The notes under the pieces: generated by a model
Database searches by the model: none
What the model saw: only the letters and a program-made list of their open reading frames with translations
Told to the model about the DNA's origin: nothing
Shown here: in pieces, positions 23,438-36,753 of the stretch
Position numbering within the stretch: the stretch's first letter is position 1
How the letters are laid out: each line of letters starts with the position of its first letter
Position numbers and translations under genes: made by a program
DNA from: Amphiscolops sp. MND2022
Lineage: Eukaryota
NCBI GenBank assembly: GCA_964187785.1
Contig: OZ076418.1
Coordinates: 30,070,001 to 30,134,000 of the forward strand
Direction of reading: 5' to 3'
Length of the DNA stretch: 64,000 nt

Positions 23438-24344
23438 CTTTTCCATCCAGCCAAGATTATTATGTAAAACTTCATGAGAAAAAGAATAGCAAAAGTAGAG
23501 TACTACAAAAATCTGCGATAATAAAAAACAAAAGAAAAAGTCAGAAAAAGTTGAAACACTTTGTCGATAAATTTGAGGCTTAAGCAGGTCACCGACTTAC
23601 GCTGTTCCCCGATTGTTTACGGTTCTTAGTCGGCGCTTATATCAAAAAGTGCCCGACTATTACAATGACATTTATTTTTTTTAGTCGCCGCTTTTAACTG
23701 TTCGAATTCAAGTAGATTTGGCGCAGCCGGTTGAATTCTCACTTTTGACACCAAAGATTGTGGGTTCCACCCCAGGGCTGTCCCGTGTTTTTAGACGATT
23801 TCGCAAACAGAAGAAAAGGGTCACCCTGTGAATTTTTTTCGGCCCTGTGAAACAAAAAAAAATGAAATATTCGAAAAATCGAAATTTTGAAAAAAATTCC
23901 AAAATTCATGCATGGATTTTGTTTCAGTTCAAGGCCGTAATTGGAAGGTTTCAAAAATAAAAGAATGCATTCTTATTGTGAAATGTTGTGAAAAAAATTG
24001 GGAAAATTTCGAAGATTTTTTTCGAAAATTTCGATTTTTTTTCTAAATTTTTGATTTTTTTGTCTCACAGTGCCGAAAAATTTCGAAGGGAGACCCTTTG
24101 GTGTTGAGAAAAAATTGTCTCACAGTGCCGAAAAGTTTGTAGGAGGGGCCGTTTGGTGTTGCGATAAAAAAATTAGGAAAATTCCGAAACTTTGAGATTT
24201 TTTTCGAAAATTTCCGATTTTTTTGCTGAAAATTTTCGTCTATTTGCGGACTCTGTGTATGACTCTGTGTATGATTTTCCTTCCCAAAATTGAAAATTTT
24301 TTACTATGTACTTTTTTCAGTGAGTGCAAGGCTGGACAAAAAAC

Positions 24345-24777
24345 CGAGCGGCTTCTTGGACATTCGCAAGCACCATTTTTTCCTCGTTGTTCGTTGTTTT
24401 TTATTGAGCTGAAATTTTTTAGCCGCCACTCTAGAAACTAGCCCATACTTCTTCAGAACTCGCCGAATTGTAGATCTTGAGACACTTTTTGAGGTTGCAA
24501 AAGAATTATACTTTACCCTGATTCTTTGTAATGTAGTTTTGGGATCGTTTTTGACGCTTCTTATAATTAATCTTTTGTCTTTTTTGCTAAGTTTTTCCGG
24601 TCTTCCTGGTGGTTTTTTTGGAGAATAAGAACTGGTTTTCAAAAAGCGCTTGTAAGCTGACTGTGCTGTTGATCGTGACTTCAAACCCAATTTCTCTTTG
24701 ATTTGATTGTAAGATAACCCAATCTCGCGAAGAGTAACAATTTTGCAAACCAAAAATGAATCAAGCGGTTTAACCAT
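24345..24777 (-). CDS. Tc1 transposase, N-terminal part (paired HTH DNA-binding domain)
   Basis: MVKPLDS...GLSYNQIKEKLG...GRPEKLS...SVSRSTIRRVLKKYG...WCLRM. Interrupted after codon 144 plus 1 nt. Confidence 0.88.
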
Positions 24778-27700
24778 TTTCGAAGCACAACTTCCGGTAA
24801 CTGATTGAAATTGTTCACAAATGTTTTCATTTTTTTTACTTGAAAAAAATTCAAAAAATTCAGCTGTACTTAGCTTTTTGGTACCATAGTGTAAGTACTA
24901 AGCGTAGACGAAGTTTCGCATTCGCATTTGAATGTAGGCGAAGCTCTCGGCGAACGAATAATTATCACTCACTCGCTTCATCTCAATAACTCGGCGTACG
25001 AAAGCATAATTACGAACATTCGCTCGCTTCATCTCAATGAATTCGGCGTACGAATGCATAATATAATTACCACTCGCTCGTTTCATCGCACGAAAAACGG
25101 ATTGTTGTCGGCAGCTTGAGAAATTTAAATCTCACGCCTATACTCACCGCCGAACAAAATATCTGAATTTTTGGGTATCACGACAAACATTTTACTGAGG
25201 TGGAAATCTGGAGGTTTCAATGATATTCCTGCTATCGCAGAAATAATAAATACACACTTCATGAAATTGAGAGACCGGAGTACAGCATAAAATGTTGCAG
25301 TGAGTACTGATTTCATTAACCTCTAAATGTACTAATTTTAGCCGGCGCATTTTAGTAGAAAATGAGCGCGCCTATTACAGTGGGTAGTTTTTTAGACGCG
25401 TAAGGTACACTTTTATGTTCATTTGTTCAACAACATCAACTTGAAATACGGACGTCCAAAACATACTCGAAAAGCCAGAACCTCGTCCAAAACAAAAACA
25501 TACGAAGGATCCACCTTTGTTTTTTTCGGCACCATGCGACTTCTTTAAAATTTTTTGGATTGCACCAAAGGGTCTCCCCTTCGTTTGTTTTGATATTTTG
25601 CAACACAATGGATGTCAAAAAATCCCAAAAGGACCCCCTTTTACATTTTTCGGCACTGTGACACTGTTGAAAAATCTCATTTTAAATTTTTTCGGAAACT
25701 TTTTAAAATCTCCCAAGGGTCCCCCTTCAATTTTCTCATATTTTGCAACCAACTGTAGTTTCACAAAAATATATATTCTTAAAAAGTGTAAAACATGAAG
25801 TCAACAAGCCTATATATATTTCTTGAACATAATTTCTTGAAGAGAATAATTCAGCATTTTTTTGAAGCCTCTCTACATATGAAAGCAACCGAACATTTTT
25901 GAGTTTTCGGAAGTTTATTTAATTCTGAGCAAATTTGCAACAATTACCTACACATGTTTTAAAACGTTACTTTCAAGTGTTTCAAAACATGCCAACCTTT
26001 CAAAAATGGGAAAAATCCAGCGAGCATGTAAGTACAGCACCTATGAAAGCACGTTAATCTGTTCAATTACGTAGAAAATTCAAGGAGCATTGGACCATTT
26101 AGCCTCTATAGAATTACCCATACAGTCAAGGCATCCATCTAAGAGTGGTAACAACACAATTCCACCAAGACATGTAGCAACATAGTATGCAACAAAAATA
26201 CTATAATAGTGGAGTAGTAATGGTATTAGTTGCAATGTCTTGTCTACTTTTCCAATTTCAATCATAATAGTTGTCAATAATGTGATTTGTTAGCTAAACG
26301 GCCTGCATATCATTTTGTCCACGCTGCTCAGACTCTCAATTCATTCAACTGCTTTTGATGTGGACAGACGCCCAAAAAGAGGAATAAAAACGGGGAAATC
26401 TGGCTGAAAATATAATTCCAAATGCCAACAATCCGTCGCAATGCCAAGCCACACTCTTACAATTACACATTGCCGCTTACCAGGACTGTGCTTTCACTGC
26501 CTTTTCTCTCCAGCAGCAATCTTTGCACGGCGGCCATTTCTCCCGTGGGTGGAAGAGGGGTAAATGTCTCCCTATTTTCCCGGGACATGAACAAACTAGT
26601 GGACATGATACGACGAAACATGATACTATCATATCTATCATATTTTGCACTACTACGTCTGTGGCCTCTGTTAGAATGAAGGTACAATCACTGTAAAGAC
26701 AACCAGATGTACCTCTTGATATAGATTTGGTCGCCTTTTTTAGACTAAAAGGTGTTAGTATCAATATTGTTAGCGCTGCTCAAGTGAAAATGGGATCAAG
26801 ATTATACGAAACATCCTTCTTTTAATGTTTTTTTTTCTGATTCATTAAACATCACTCAAGCTATCCTGCAGATAGGTTATATATACATAACACAAACACA
26901 ACAGGCAGAAAATTCAACCTTTTTCTAATGTCATTATACAAGGACATATTACTACCACAACCACTGTGAGAACCACCACGACTTCAAAGCTTTATCATCA
27001 TCATCATCATCATCATTATACCAGACTACTGACAAAATATCACGGTCGTAGACTTGAAATGAACAAAGACATCCTTTTCTGACATGATTTTCCACACTCA
27101 TCATCATTACCGCACTTTCAGAACCATAACCACCCTTACCACCCCCTCTAAAACAAGTAGCCCAACCTACTAATCCACAGACCCTAACAAGGTCCCCAGA
27201 CGTCGAGACAGACGAGGCAGCTCTCAATGTTGCGTCGTCTGTATTCATTACAACAATTTCGCTTCCCATGTTCTTGTTCTATCATTCTTCTTATTCGATG
27301 CTGTACACTGCAGTGAAAACACAAAGCTCCAAGCAAAATACTACGTCACCATTTCAGGTCTTTTCCTTCTATCTGTACGCCTCTTTGTTGCCACTCTCTT
27401 CGCGCATCCTATTATACTGTTTACACACATATAAGTAGCCTTTTCAGCTATTTTCAAAAATTCTTTCATCTTTTTTCACCAACACAGAAGCAATATCAAG
27501 AGTGGGCAACCTAAGATGTGGGTGGTGTCAAGAAAGGCGAAAGCTTGAGTGGTAACCTACCTAATTCTTCGCTTACACTCTTAACACTCGATTTTTCCTG
27601 CTCTAATTCCCATTTTCCTCTTTTTTTCTGCAACAAATGCTGAAGCACAAACAGCAGACACAGACACGTCTGCGTAGCGTGACTGAAAACCACGAACCAC

Positions 27701-30700
27701 TCAGTTCACTGAACAAATCATACTGAATAACATGAGACAACTACGCATATTTCCAACTTTGTTTCATTTTACTGGGAAAAGGCGTGAAAACTTCTTCAAT
27801 CAGCTTTGCACATTTCCTCCCCTTGCCGACAGTGTATCTCTCTGCTTTCTCAAGGTGTGGAAATAACCATCGCTTCACGGCTCGTTTCCTTATTAGGCAG
27901 TCTCGAAGATTCGGACGCCATTGGAATTGACCCGTCAGTATTTGGGCGATTTCAATGAAATAGTGAAATAGTTTCCTCCGTCACTTTGAGAAAAAAGTTC
28001 CCACATTGCCGAATTTTCATAGAACGGTGATGATTGATTTGATAGGAAAATCAAGAGTTTATCAGTTATCCCATGTAAGGAAATGGACAATGAGAAAGGA
28101 AATGTGCGACGATCCCTATTATAGAAAATACGTATTTCTCAAATTGAGATTTCACTATGTAATGATCTACTATAAACTTTTTTCATGCCATGAAACCAAA
28201 GCGAAAACCTTTTTGTGAAAAGATTTTCCGAAAAAAATCGCAGTGACGAAAAACCCATCAGGTTTCAAAAAACGTATGTGAGAATAGGAATGAGGAAAGG
28301 AATAGAATATACCTTTCCGACTAATTTGCCAATTTGTAAAATTTTGGATTTTGGCATGAAATGGTCACTTCGACCGGATTGGAAAAACACGACGAAAAGT
28401 CACTATAATAGTCTCATTTTATTTCAGAGGGCCGACTAAAAATGTTATCAAACCTGCACCGAACTGAATCACTTCATTTTTTGCATTTTACAGACATGGT
28501 TGCTGACTGGCGGAATTAGGATTATGACATTCTTGACATGAGTAAAATACATTTGAATGTATGAACAATACTAAAAATTCTATCCACAAATCCGCTCACT
28601 AGATGTAGGCTAATCCAATTCCGTAAATAACAGCAAATGAATGTTTATAGTTTAAAATGGTTAAAAGAACGTCTCAAGAACGCCTTAAGGTCGTTATTTT
28701 TCGAGATTTGGGCCTTTCGTGGGCCGATTCATTCAGCCAATTGTTTTGCTGTTTCAGGCAATAGATTGGTCATTATTGTTACGTTTTCAAAATCGGTCAT
28801 TTTGTTACATTTTAGAAATAGCACTTTTTGTTATGCTGAAAATCGGCCATATTGTGGTGCATCCGAAAAAACTACCAGCTTTAAAAATCTTGCGCCTATT
28901 AAAAACACACGTTGTCAATATTTGAAAAAAAACTGGAATTTGACCCGATGATAAAAATGCACAAAAAGCAGGTGAACAAATAACAAAAAATTTGCATATT
29001 AGACTTCAACGCAGCATGATGATAATCCTTAGCTGCTACATATGATGATTTATAACCAAGTTAACGGCGGAATTTTATAATTCGATTCACTCGAGCTCTT
29101 ACATGCACAGTTGTGTCAATCACATATTATCCACAGTGGGAAAGAGAAAACGGCTAGGGAAGTTTTCCTCGTTTCTCTGACCTCATTATAACCTAAAAGT
29201 GGGCAAATGAGAATGAATCTGTGCAAGAATTCTGCAAATGAAAAATGCGGAAATAAAATCTAACATTCATTCAACAATTCCATTCTATTCCCTCTTCCGA
29301 AAAGTTGCCATACAAATTACAAAAGAGGAATTACTTTTCAATGAGAGAGTAAAACGAGGTCAAGAATGCGAACTCGCGTTTCAAGAAGTAATGAAGTAAG
29401 GGCGGAAGAAAATGAAAAAATGGGCATTGAAAAATTAAAGTAAAATCTATTTTGGGAAATGGACGCTTCTGCACGGATATTATTTGCATCAAATACCGGA
29501 ACTGAGCATTCCTTTCAATACTTTCAATTCATTCTCCATATAAAATCCACTCCAATGAATATTGCTGCTCAGTGTTTCAGAAAATGAACTTTATTGGTTC
29601 TCATTTTTTGGATTACTTTTGCATTACATGGTAGTTCGTAGTGACAAACGTCTCGGAGACGATTTCAGATAAATTGGAAAATTGGTCTCGAGCGACCTTT
29701 TGACACTTAGAATATCAAAAAACGCAAAGGAGGGACTCTTGGTCATATATATAGCCTTCTGTGATTTCAGTAAAATCGAAGAATATTCGAACGCGGAACG
29801 CTTTGGCTTATTTGGGACCCTTTAGATCTCAGGCGAAAAAATAGACAAGCATTCCGTGATAAGGCGAAAAAAATTTTCCATCTCCTTAAGATTTTAAAAA
29901 TCTGTTTAAAAATTCCTTATTCCATTTTTATAATCGACAAAGTTTGCGTTAAATCTGGATTACATTATATACAACAGTAGTTGCAACCAGTATTACTCAA
30001 TTTAACAAGCCGTGAACGGGCCCAAGTCGGCGCCCCGCTCAAGATTCAAAAGTTTCTTGAATATGCAAAGGACACATTAAAATTATCAATTTCTCAATGC
30101 CGAAAAATACCCGAAGCGATACGCACAAGACTCGAAAACCACTTTTCCCAACTGGAAACAAAAAAAATAACTTTTTTGAAAAGTAATTTAGTTCAAAAAT
30201 TTTTGTCGGGAAAAGTCTTATGGTGCCAAAAAGGGAGCTTTGAGCTCGCAAAACGCTTTGTTCCTGCTAAAAAACCTATAGGGGCACTTAGATTGAAGAA
30301 ATTTTTGAAAAAAGGCCGAAGTGCGGGAAAAATCCTTTGGCCTTCCCCTACTTGTGCAAACAAAATTTCATGGTTATGTGCGAGACTCGAACCCACGAAC
30401 TCCTGTTTCTCAGACCTCGCCACCAGGACAGGAAATCCTTATAGCGCAAAATTTTCGAACCTCCTTGCCCTCCTCAGTAGAAGGCAATTTACTTCGGATA
30501 TAACGTCAAAGTTCAGACACCCACCTCCTCTTCAGTGGAAGACCTCAACTCACTACGTATATAACGTCAAAAATTGGATATAGCGTGCTGGCTAGGCCAA
30601 ATAGTCTTTACCATATATTTGCTCCAACCGGAGCAGTAAATCATGAAATATATTTTTTAAATCCTTCATTTGAATTGTGAAATTTTATCGCAAGCAAGTT

Positions 30701-33700
30701 GTGCAGTAAACGCATGGTGCAATAAATGCAGCTGATTTCTTTTCAGTCGGCGCTATTTGAAATAAAAGGCCACTGTTCTAGTAGTTTTTTTCTCACTTAC
30801 TTTTGAATCGACATTTCTAGAATTTGGAGCTCCTATGCAACTAATGAATTTCGCAATGCCATCTTATCTTCAAATTGATGAATCAGAAGAGTTCTGGTTC
30901 TTCTTCGCCACTTTGAACTTACAAAATCTTCCTTTTGTCCTCTTAGCACTTTCATCTCAACTAGCGAACAGTTCAAATGCATTAATTATAATTCAAAAAT
31001 CAGATTTCAGTTCGCACGCTCAAGTAAGATCAGGCAATGGGAACTCCGGAAAATCAGAATTCGTATAACCTTTAATTGAAAACTTGGAATTCAAGTCTTT
31101 AAACTTCAATTTTAGAATTTCAAGTCCCTGCAGAGAATGAATTCGATACACTTTTTTCGCTTCAAATATGACCCTGGATTTTCTCGGGGATCAATCATTT
31201 TTCAAATTTCTATCGATCCAGAAAATTGCCAATTGCATAGTGTCAGATTGTCCCTTCTTAAAATTTCCTCAACTGAATATTTCAGACTATTTCGAACCAG
31301 TACGTATTGAATTAGTCTATACTGAAATAAATTCATCCAGTTGCTTCTTCAGCTTTCTACGAGTTCTCTGATTCACCATACCAAATTCAGCTGACAGATT
31401 TGTGCTTCCAGAAGCAAATCTCATGACCACAACCTTTTTTTCGAAAAAAAATCAAATCCGGCAACGACTGCAGATCAAATAGGGAAAATGAATAAAATAA
31501 AAACATGAAATGATTTGATGTGTTATAAGTGTTGCGCGACGGTGGTAGAGAAAGAAATTGGAGCGGTGGTGGTGATGGAGAGAGGAGAGTATTAAAGAGT
31601 CAATAGATTGTATTGATTTTACTGAGACAGCAGCGGTGGAGGTAATGGTCTCAGGCTACCGGTAACCAACCAACCAACCAACCAACCAACAACTACGACC
31701 ACGCCGTCACAAGAGGACAGAAGTACTGAAGCAAGCAGGAGCAACGGCAGTTGATGGAGACACCAATGGCATGATTGCAACGGATACCCGTCAAAACGAT
31801 CGGGAACCACCACGGCACCAACCAGAAGAGGACAATACTAGTCCCCGGTTGAAGTGCAGCTAGCAGACGGTGGAGCAGAAGTAGAAGAGAAGCGGGTATC
31901 GCTTGGTTCTCGTTTTACAGGGCATGGTGCAAACAGTATACGGCAATGGGCGCAGATTGATGGAACCAAGACAGCAGAAATTGTTGCATCATCAATGCTG
32001 AACGTAACTTGCATAAACTTATTATTTCCTTCATTTCTTCAGCTATGCCCGTTGTTGCTTTTCTTTTCCTGCTGTACTTCGCCGATCGGCCAGACTGAAT
32101 AGTAATTGGAAACAGGGAAAACAGGCCCCTATATTACAACCTCCAACAATGCCGAGAAGACATGAAGATATTCAATGCTGTTGTAGATTTCCATTTTCAC
32201 TTCATCGTGCAAGAGCGGTAGAAGCAATGCCATAAACTCATTCGTTAGTTAGTTCCCGGTCATCATGGAGCGACGTAGGATTGGGACAAATTTCAGCTAG
32301 AAAACAGCATATATCCTTCAGTGTTACGCTAATTTCTCCTACTGACACCGACAAAGCTGATAGCGAAACGTGGACAGAAGGACTACAATCCTGCAGAAAG
32401 CGAAGATTTAAGACAAGGAGGACGAAAATATCCAATGCTAACTAGTTGTTGACGTCATGTTTTCGAAGGTGTGTTGGTGCAGCTTTTGCAAGCAATCAAC
32501 GAACCAACCAAGGAGTGCACTACAAAAAACCCGACATGGTAACCGATGAAAAGTACCAGCCAATGTACCAACAACCGACCACTTTTCATCTTAATTTCAC
32601 GCGACTCTCGCTTTTCGTTCTTTAGTTTTTACTATCTTTTCTCTATGAAGTCGAGAATTGGCGACACATCCAACGTTGGATGTTTATTTTCCCTACTGTT
32701 GCTTCAATTTCCATTCAGACTTTTCCCTTCATTCTTCTTTGGTTAACAACTGGCGAAAAGGAAGAAAGAAATCGGGGGTAGCTAGAGTGAAAAAGGAAAT
32801 ATGACAGCACACAGCAGTCGCATTGGTGTAATGGGATAAATCTCCCAAAGCTAATGACTGAAGAAATAACCGACATAATTTATCAACAGGCATTATTTTA
32901 TAAGGCTAGTTGTTCTGCTTCGTCTAATACCACAGCCTCAACTAGTCTTACCACTTCAGAGCAGAATAGTAGCGAAAACAGTGGCGCACTGATAATGCTC
33001 TTAATAGGCTTTTCCTCTGTAGTATACTCCTCATTATCCATTTCCACAATTTTCAATTCTCAATTCAGTCCCAACAAGCAACAGAGAATCAAAAGCGAGT
33101 AACTACCTTTCTTCCCTTCGCCTTCCCTCTTGAACAAATACAGCTTCTGTAATTTGCCGGGTACTTAACCTGTTCGAAACATCCCCTAAGGAAGTAATCC
33201 ATGCCCAGGAAACATCCGAGCAGAAGCTTTGTGCGCGTAGCTCTTTTCTCTGAAGAGTAGCAGCAAATTAAATAATCCTTGTTGCCTGACGCTGCAATTG
33301 AACTTGATAACTGCAGCAACGAGCCGCCTGCTTTTCAAGTCAAGTTTAAATGGCCTGTAGTTTTTTGTAGTTGGTCAACTAGTAGCAATGATGAAATATT
33401 GACCATTTAAATTGAAAGCATAAGCCCAACAAGGCAGGGGTGGTTTTAAGGGGGCGCGGGGGCGGCGGCCGCCTGCCCCCTTGGAGAGATGTATGGAATG
33501 AATTGATGTAACAGCCGGTAAAATGAGCCGAGTGTTCCTACTTTCAAATATTCAACTGGTGCTTTCGTTCCGGTGCGCCCCACTTTTTGAAAATCCGCCC
33601 ACCCGTTGAAAAAATCCTGAAACCGCCCCTACAACGTGGCATTTTTTCAACCAACTGAGACGAGGTGGCCGTTCAAGACTACTAACTATAGAACACTGAT

Positions 33701-35980
33701 GACGTAGCAAAAAGTAACAACCCGGGAACACCCCAAGTCGGCGCCCCGCATAAGGCTGAAAAAAAGCGAAGTCGTCCAAATGTGAACCAGGACAATTATT
33801 CAGAAAACTCTGGTTTCATGGCACCAGAAAAAATAACCGAAGAGGCCTTTTTGAGAATCCCAAAACGATTTTGCTCAACTGAAAATATCAATGAACCCAA
33901 ACTTGCGGAAAATGAATTTTTTCAAAAAAACTCCATGGAAAACTTGCACAGTACAGAAAAAACACAAAGGGTTTAAAAACGTATCGCGTTAGGTGGAAAC
34001 ATTTTTAAAATCGAAGGGGAAACAAAAAAATTGTGGTGGAATAAAAAAAAATTCGAAGAGTTGCACGGTGCAGAAAAAATCCTATGCATGCCCGCCTTTT
34101 ACGCTCCAAAAACGCATTGACGTAAGTGAAAACACCTTTAAAAATGAAGGGGACTTTTGTAAAAAGGACTTTTGTCTTGCGAGACAAGAATGAAAATGCA
34201 CCAAAATGGTTACTGAGCAAATTACTCCTTACGGCAACACGATTGTAACAGAATGAGCGGTAGAATCAAGTCTCTTTGCTTAAGAATTTGATCTGTACTC
34301 AAAATTTCAACTTCTAGGGAGACCACGGATCCTCCCATCGTGCGCAGTTTAGTTTATATGCCTCTTCAAAAACATCTGGCGAATATTGAATGAGGGCTGG
34401 GAAATTGATGAATTTATGCTAACTATTGGGCAATGTTGCGCTTCCAGTTTGGAGAAACCCATTATCATTATGTTAGTCCAAAGCAATGAGTCATTTGAAT
34501 GTTTTCATATCCCAATTGAAGGGCTTTGCTTTCAATGGTAAAAGAGAACAGATTTTTCTTCGAAATATAAAACCCTCCCCCATAGGAAACTTAGTCACTA
34601 CATGATCGTACATGGAAGTTGTTGCAAAAACTTGGCTGTGTATAGTATATTTTCACAACTGAACAGAAAAATGGTATTCATGCTTAAAAAAGCCCGGATA
34701 AAAGTGAAACATCGTTCTTTGCAGATTGAATACTAATGCAAAATGACCTTTTCAGCCGTAAGTAGTCATAAGGTTTTCATAAGTTGTTTTGATATAATCT
34801 CCCCCAACTTATTCTCACTTGGGGCTGAAAATTTGGAGCCAGAGACAATCTCTTGTTCATAGACAAACCAAAAGTTCCCTCCTTGCAGTTGTACTATTTT
34901 GGCTGTATTAGTTTCGCTGATAATTTTCAGCCTCAAACGAAAATGTTCTCCAATGGAATTGACACAATGATAACTACTTTAAACCGAAAAAGGAAAATCA
35001 TAACATGCGAATAAATTTGGCGACGTCTTAAAATATGCAAGACGTTTGATTTCTAGAAACTTGTCAGTCATCAAAATTATAAACCAGTCGATTGAAAAAG
35101 GGAAACATGTTCATGCTTATTCAGCAAGATTGAAAGAGAACTTCAAAAATACCGAAAATTCCACAAATGAGCTAAGTACATGAAGAAAAACGCAGCGCAT
35201 TTTCGTGAATAATTGACAATTGTTACAATAGAATATGAATTTATTTCACGAATACTCTTTTTATTCCACCTTTCTGTATCAATAATTGAAAGTTGTCAGC
35301 TGCACTGTCTTTTGATGGTGGTGAAAATAGCCAATTTTGGCGGCTGTTTCTGAAAACGTCATAAATTCGGCAGGAACACTGCATCGAAACTATCAATATT
35401 ACAAGTTTGAACAAAAGTTTAAAATCGATTGGGGATAATTCAGGCTTCTCAAGCTTATTGACAACTATACACATACAAATTAATTCCCTCCCCTTCAGCG
35501 GTAACCAAAAAAGTAATTAGATTTTCAGTTTTGAAAAAAATCCAACAAGGATGAATTCTTCCATAACATGTGTATCTGATGCAGAAAGAACCAGCTTTAA
35601 AAATGACAAATTTCACGCTATCGTTCTCTGAAGATTGAGATTTTTAAATTTAGGATTTAAAATTGATGTCAGGAAAAACACTCATAAGAAAAACTCCCAG
35701 TAGGAAAATGGCTAGAAGGAAATTACGATAACTTAGTCAGCTATGGTGATATACATCTAGTGACCTGCATACAGGAGCGAAGCGACGTGCAATAACTAGT
35801 TCAGCGGTTGATTTTGACGTCATACAATCAAAATAGAAATTATGGCCGATATGGAAATCGGTTGTTCTACCAATTTTTTCTATGGGCTTTTTATTCCGGG
35901 CCCTTTTCCTATAACAGATAATGAGACAGCAATAATTCAAAGAATCATTAAAAATTACTCTGCAAATCAATTCTTCTAAC

Positions 35981-36104
35981 CGTGAGGAGAGAAAACTTGG
36001 GTGGGTTTCGAGGAGTTTTTGATGTTCCAAGTTGCCATGGAGCCATCGTGAGAAGCGATTGTGAAGTTTTTGCCATCTGGATGCCAGCACACAGATTTGA
36101 TAAT
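35981..36104 (-). CDS. STXBP5: Tomosyn coding exon 6
   Basis: cttcag|ATT start; encodes IIKSVCWHPDGKNFTIASHDGSMATWNIKNSSKPTQVFSPH (cf. IHSVAWHHEGKQFICSHSDGTLTIWN). Donor G|gttaga; 124 nt, phase 1. Confidence 0.93.
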
Positions 36105-36401
36105 CTGAAGCAAATTTCAAGCTGTTTTCAACAGCATTGCCTTGGTCACACAGGTTTATATATCCCAACATAAGTTTTGACTTCAGTAACAGAACGAATT
36201 CTTGAGGCCCTTCAGAGGCAACAGTCACAAAAATTCTGGAGCAGGTGCTCAAACTAGTTCACTTGGACCTAGTTTAATCATGTACTGAAGCTACATTAAT
36301 CGTTTGTAAACTTTTAGAAGCTACTTGTCATTTCATTTTTGAGATTGGGGACTGATATGCATAATTTTTGTTCCTCAAAACAAAATCAATTGATAACAAA
36401 C

Positions 36402-36684
36402 CGATTCGGAGAAAAATCTCTGGTCAGCCTCTCTGGCTTTGAGGTCCCAAAGCGCAATGAGACTATTTTCATAACCAAGTAGAAGTTTATTTTCGTCATC
36501 TGGACATTCACTGATTTCTATGACTGGTCCAGGGTGGCTGTTACGTTGTGTTCCCATGGCACGATTCCACTGGATTTGATAGCCAGATATTGTAAAAGTG
36601 TCTATGTTCACTACTAAAATGTTGCCACGCTCTGTGCCAACGTAAAGATACTTGCTCCGAAGAGGTAAGCTGATACATGTTATC
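36402..36684 (-). CDS. STXBP5: Tomosyn coding exon 5
   Basis: ttttag|G start; encodes ITCISLPLRSKYLYVGTERGNI...SHPGPVIEISECPDDENKLLLGYENSLIALWDLK...FFSES. Donor gtttgt; 283 nt. Confidence 0.95.
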
Positions 36685-36753
36685 CTAAAAAAGATATTTG
36701 TGAATTAAATATTGAAAGAATCATGGAAAACAAACAAGATCAAAATGAGTTAC

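Larger units (their letters stand above)
22761..24891 (-). mobile_element. Tc1/mariner element (DD34E) with TIRs and TA target duplication
   Basis: TA|CACTATGGTACCAGAAAGCTACGTACA at 22761 and TGTACTTAGCTTTTTGGTACCATAGTG|TA ending at 24891. It is inserted into a HINE copy. Confidence 0.95.
22612..25250 (-). repeat. HINE family A, copy 3 (split by the Tc1 element)
   Basis: Flanks 22612-22760 and 24892-25250 rejoin into the family A consensus. Confidence 0.75.

Noticed and set aside
26481-26571. Phase 1-to-2 segment (…PPCKDCCWREK…) as the missing tomosyn exon 7
   Set aside because: Poor acceptor and little similarity. The exon at 17675-17750 matches the consensus EPCxPIxKV and fits both phases.
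34300-35200. Possible piggyBac transposase remnant (IDEFML, TLNRKR)
   Set aside because: The motifs are too degenerate and scattered over frames, and no TTAA/TIR ends were found.
35409-35474. EKPELSPIDFKLLFK as tomosyn exon 7
   Set aside because: It ends in phase 0, the motif spacing is wrong, and it is superseded by 17675-17750.
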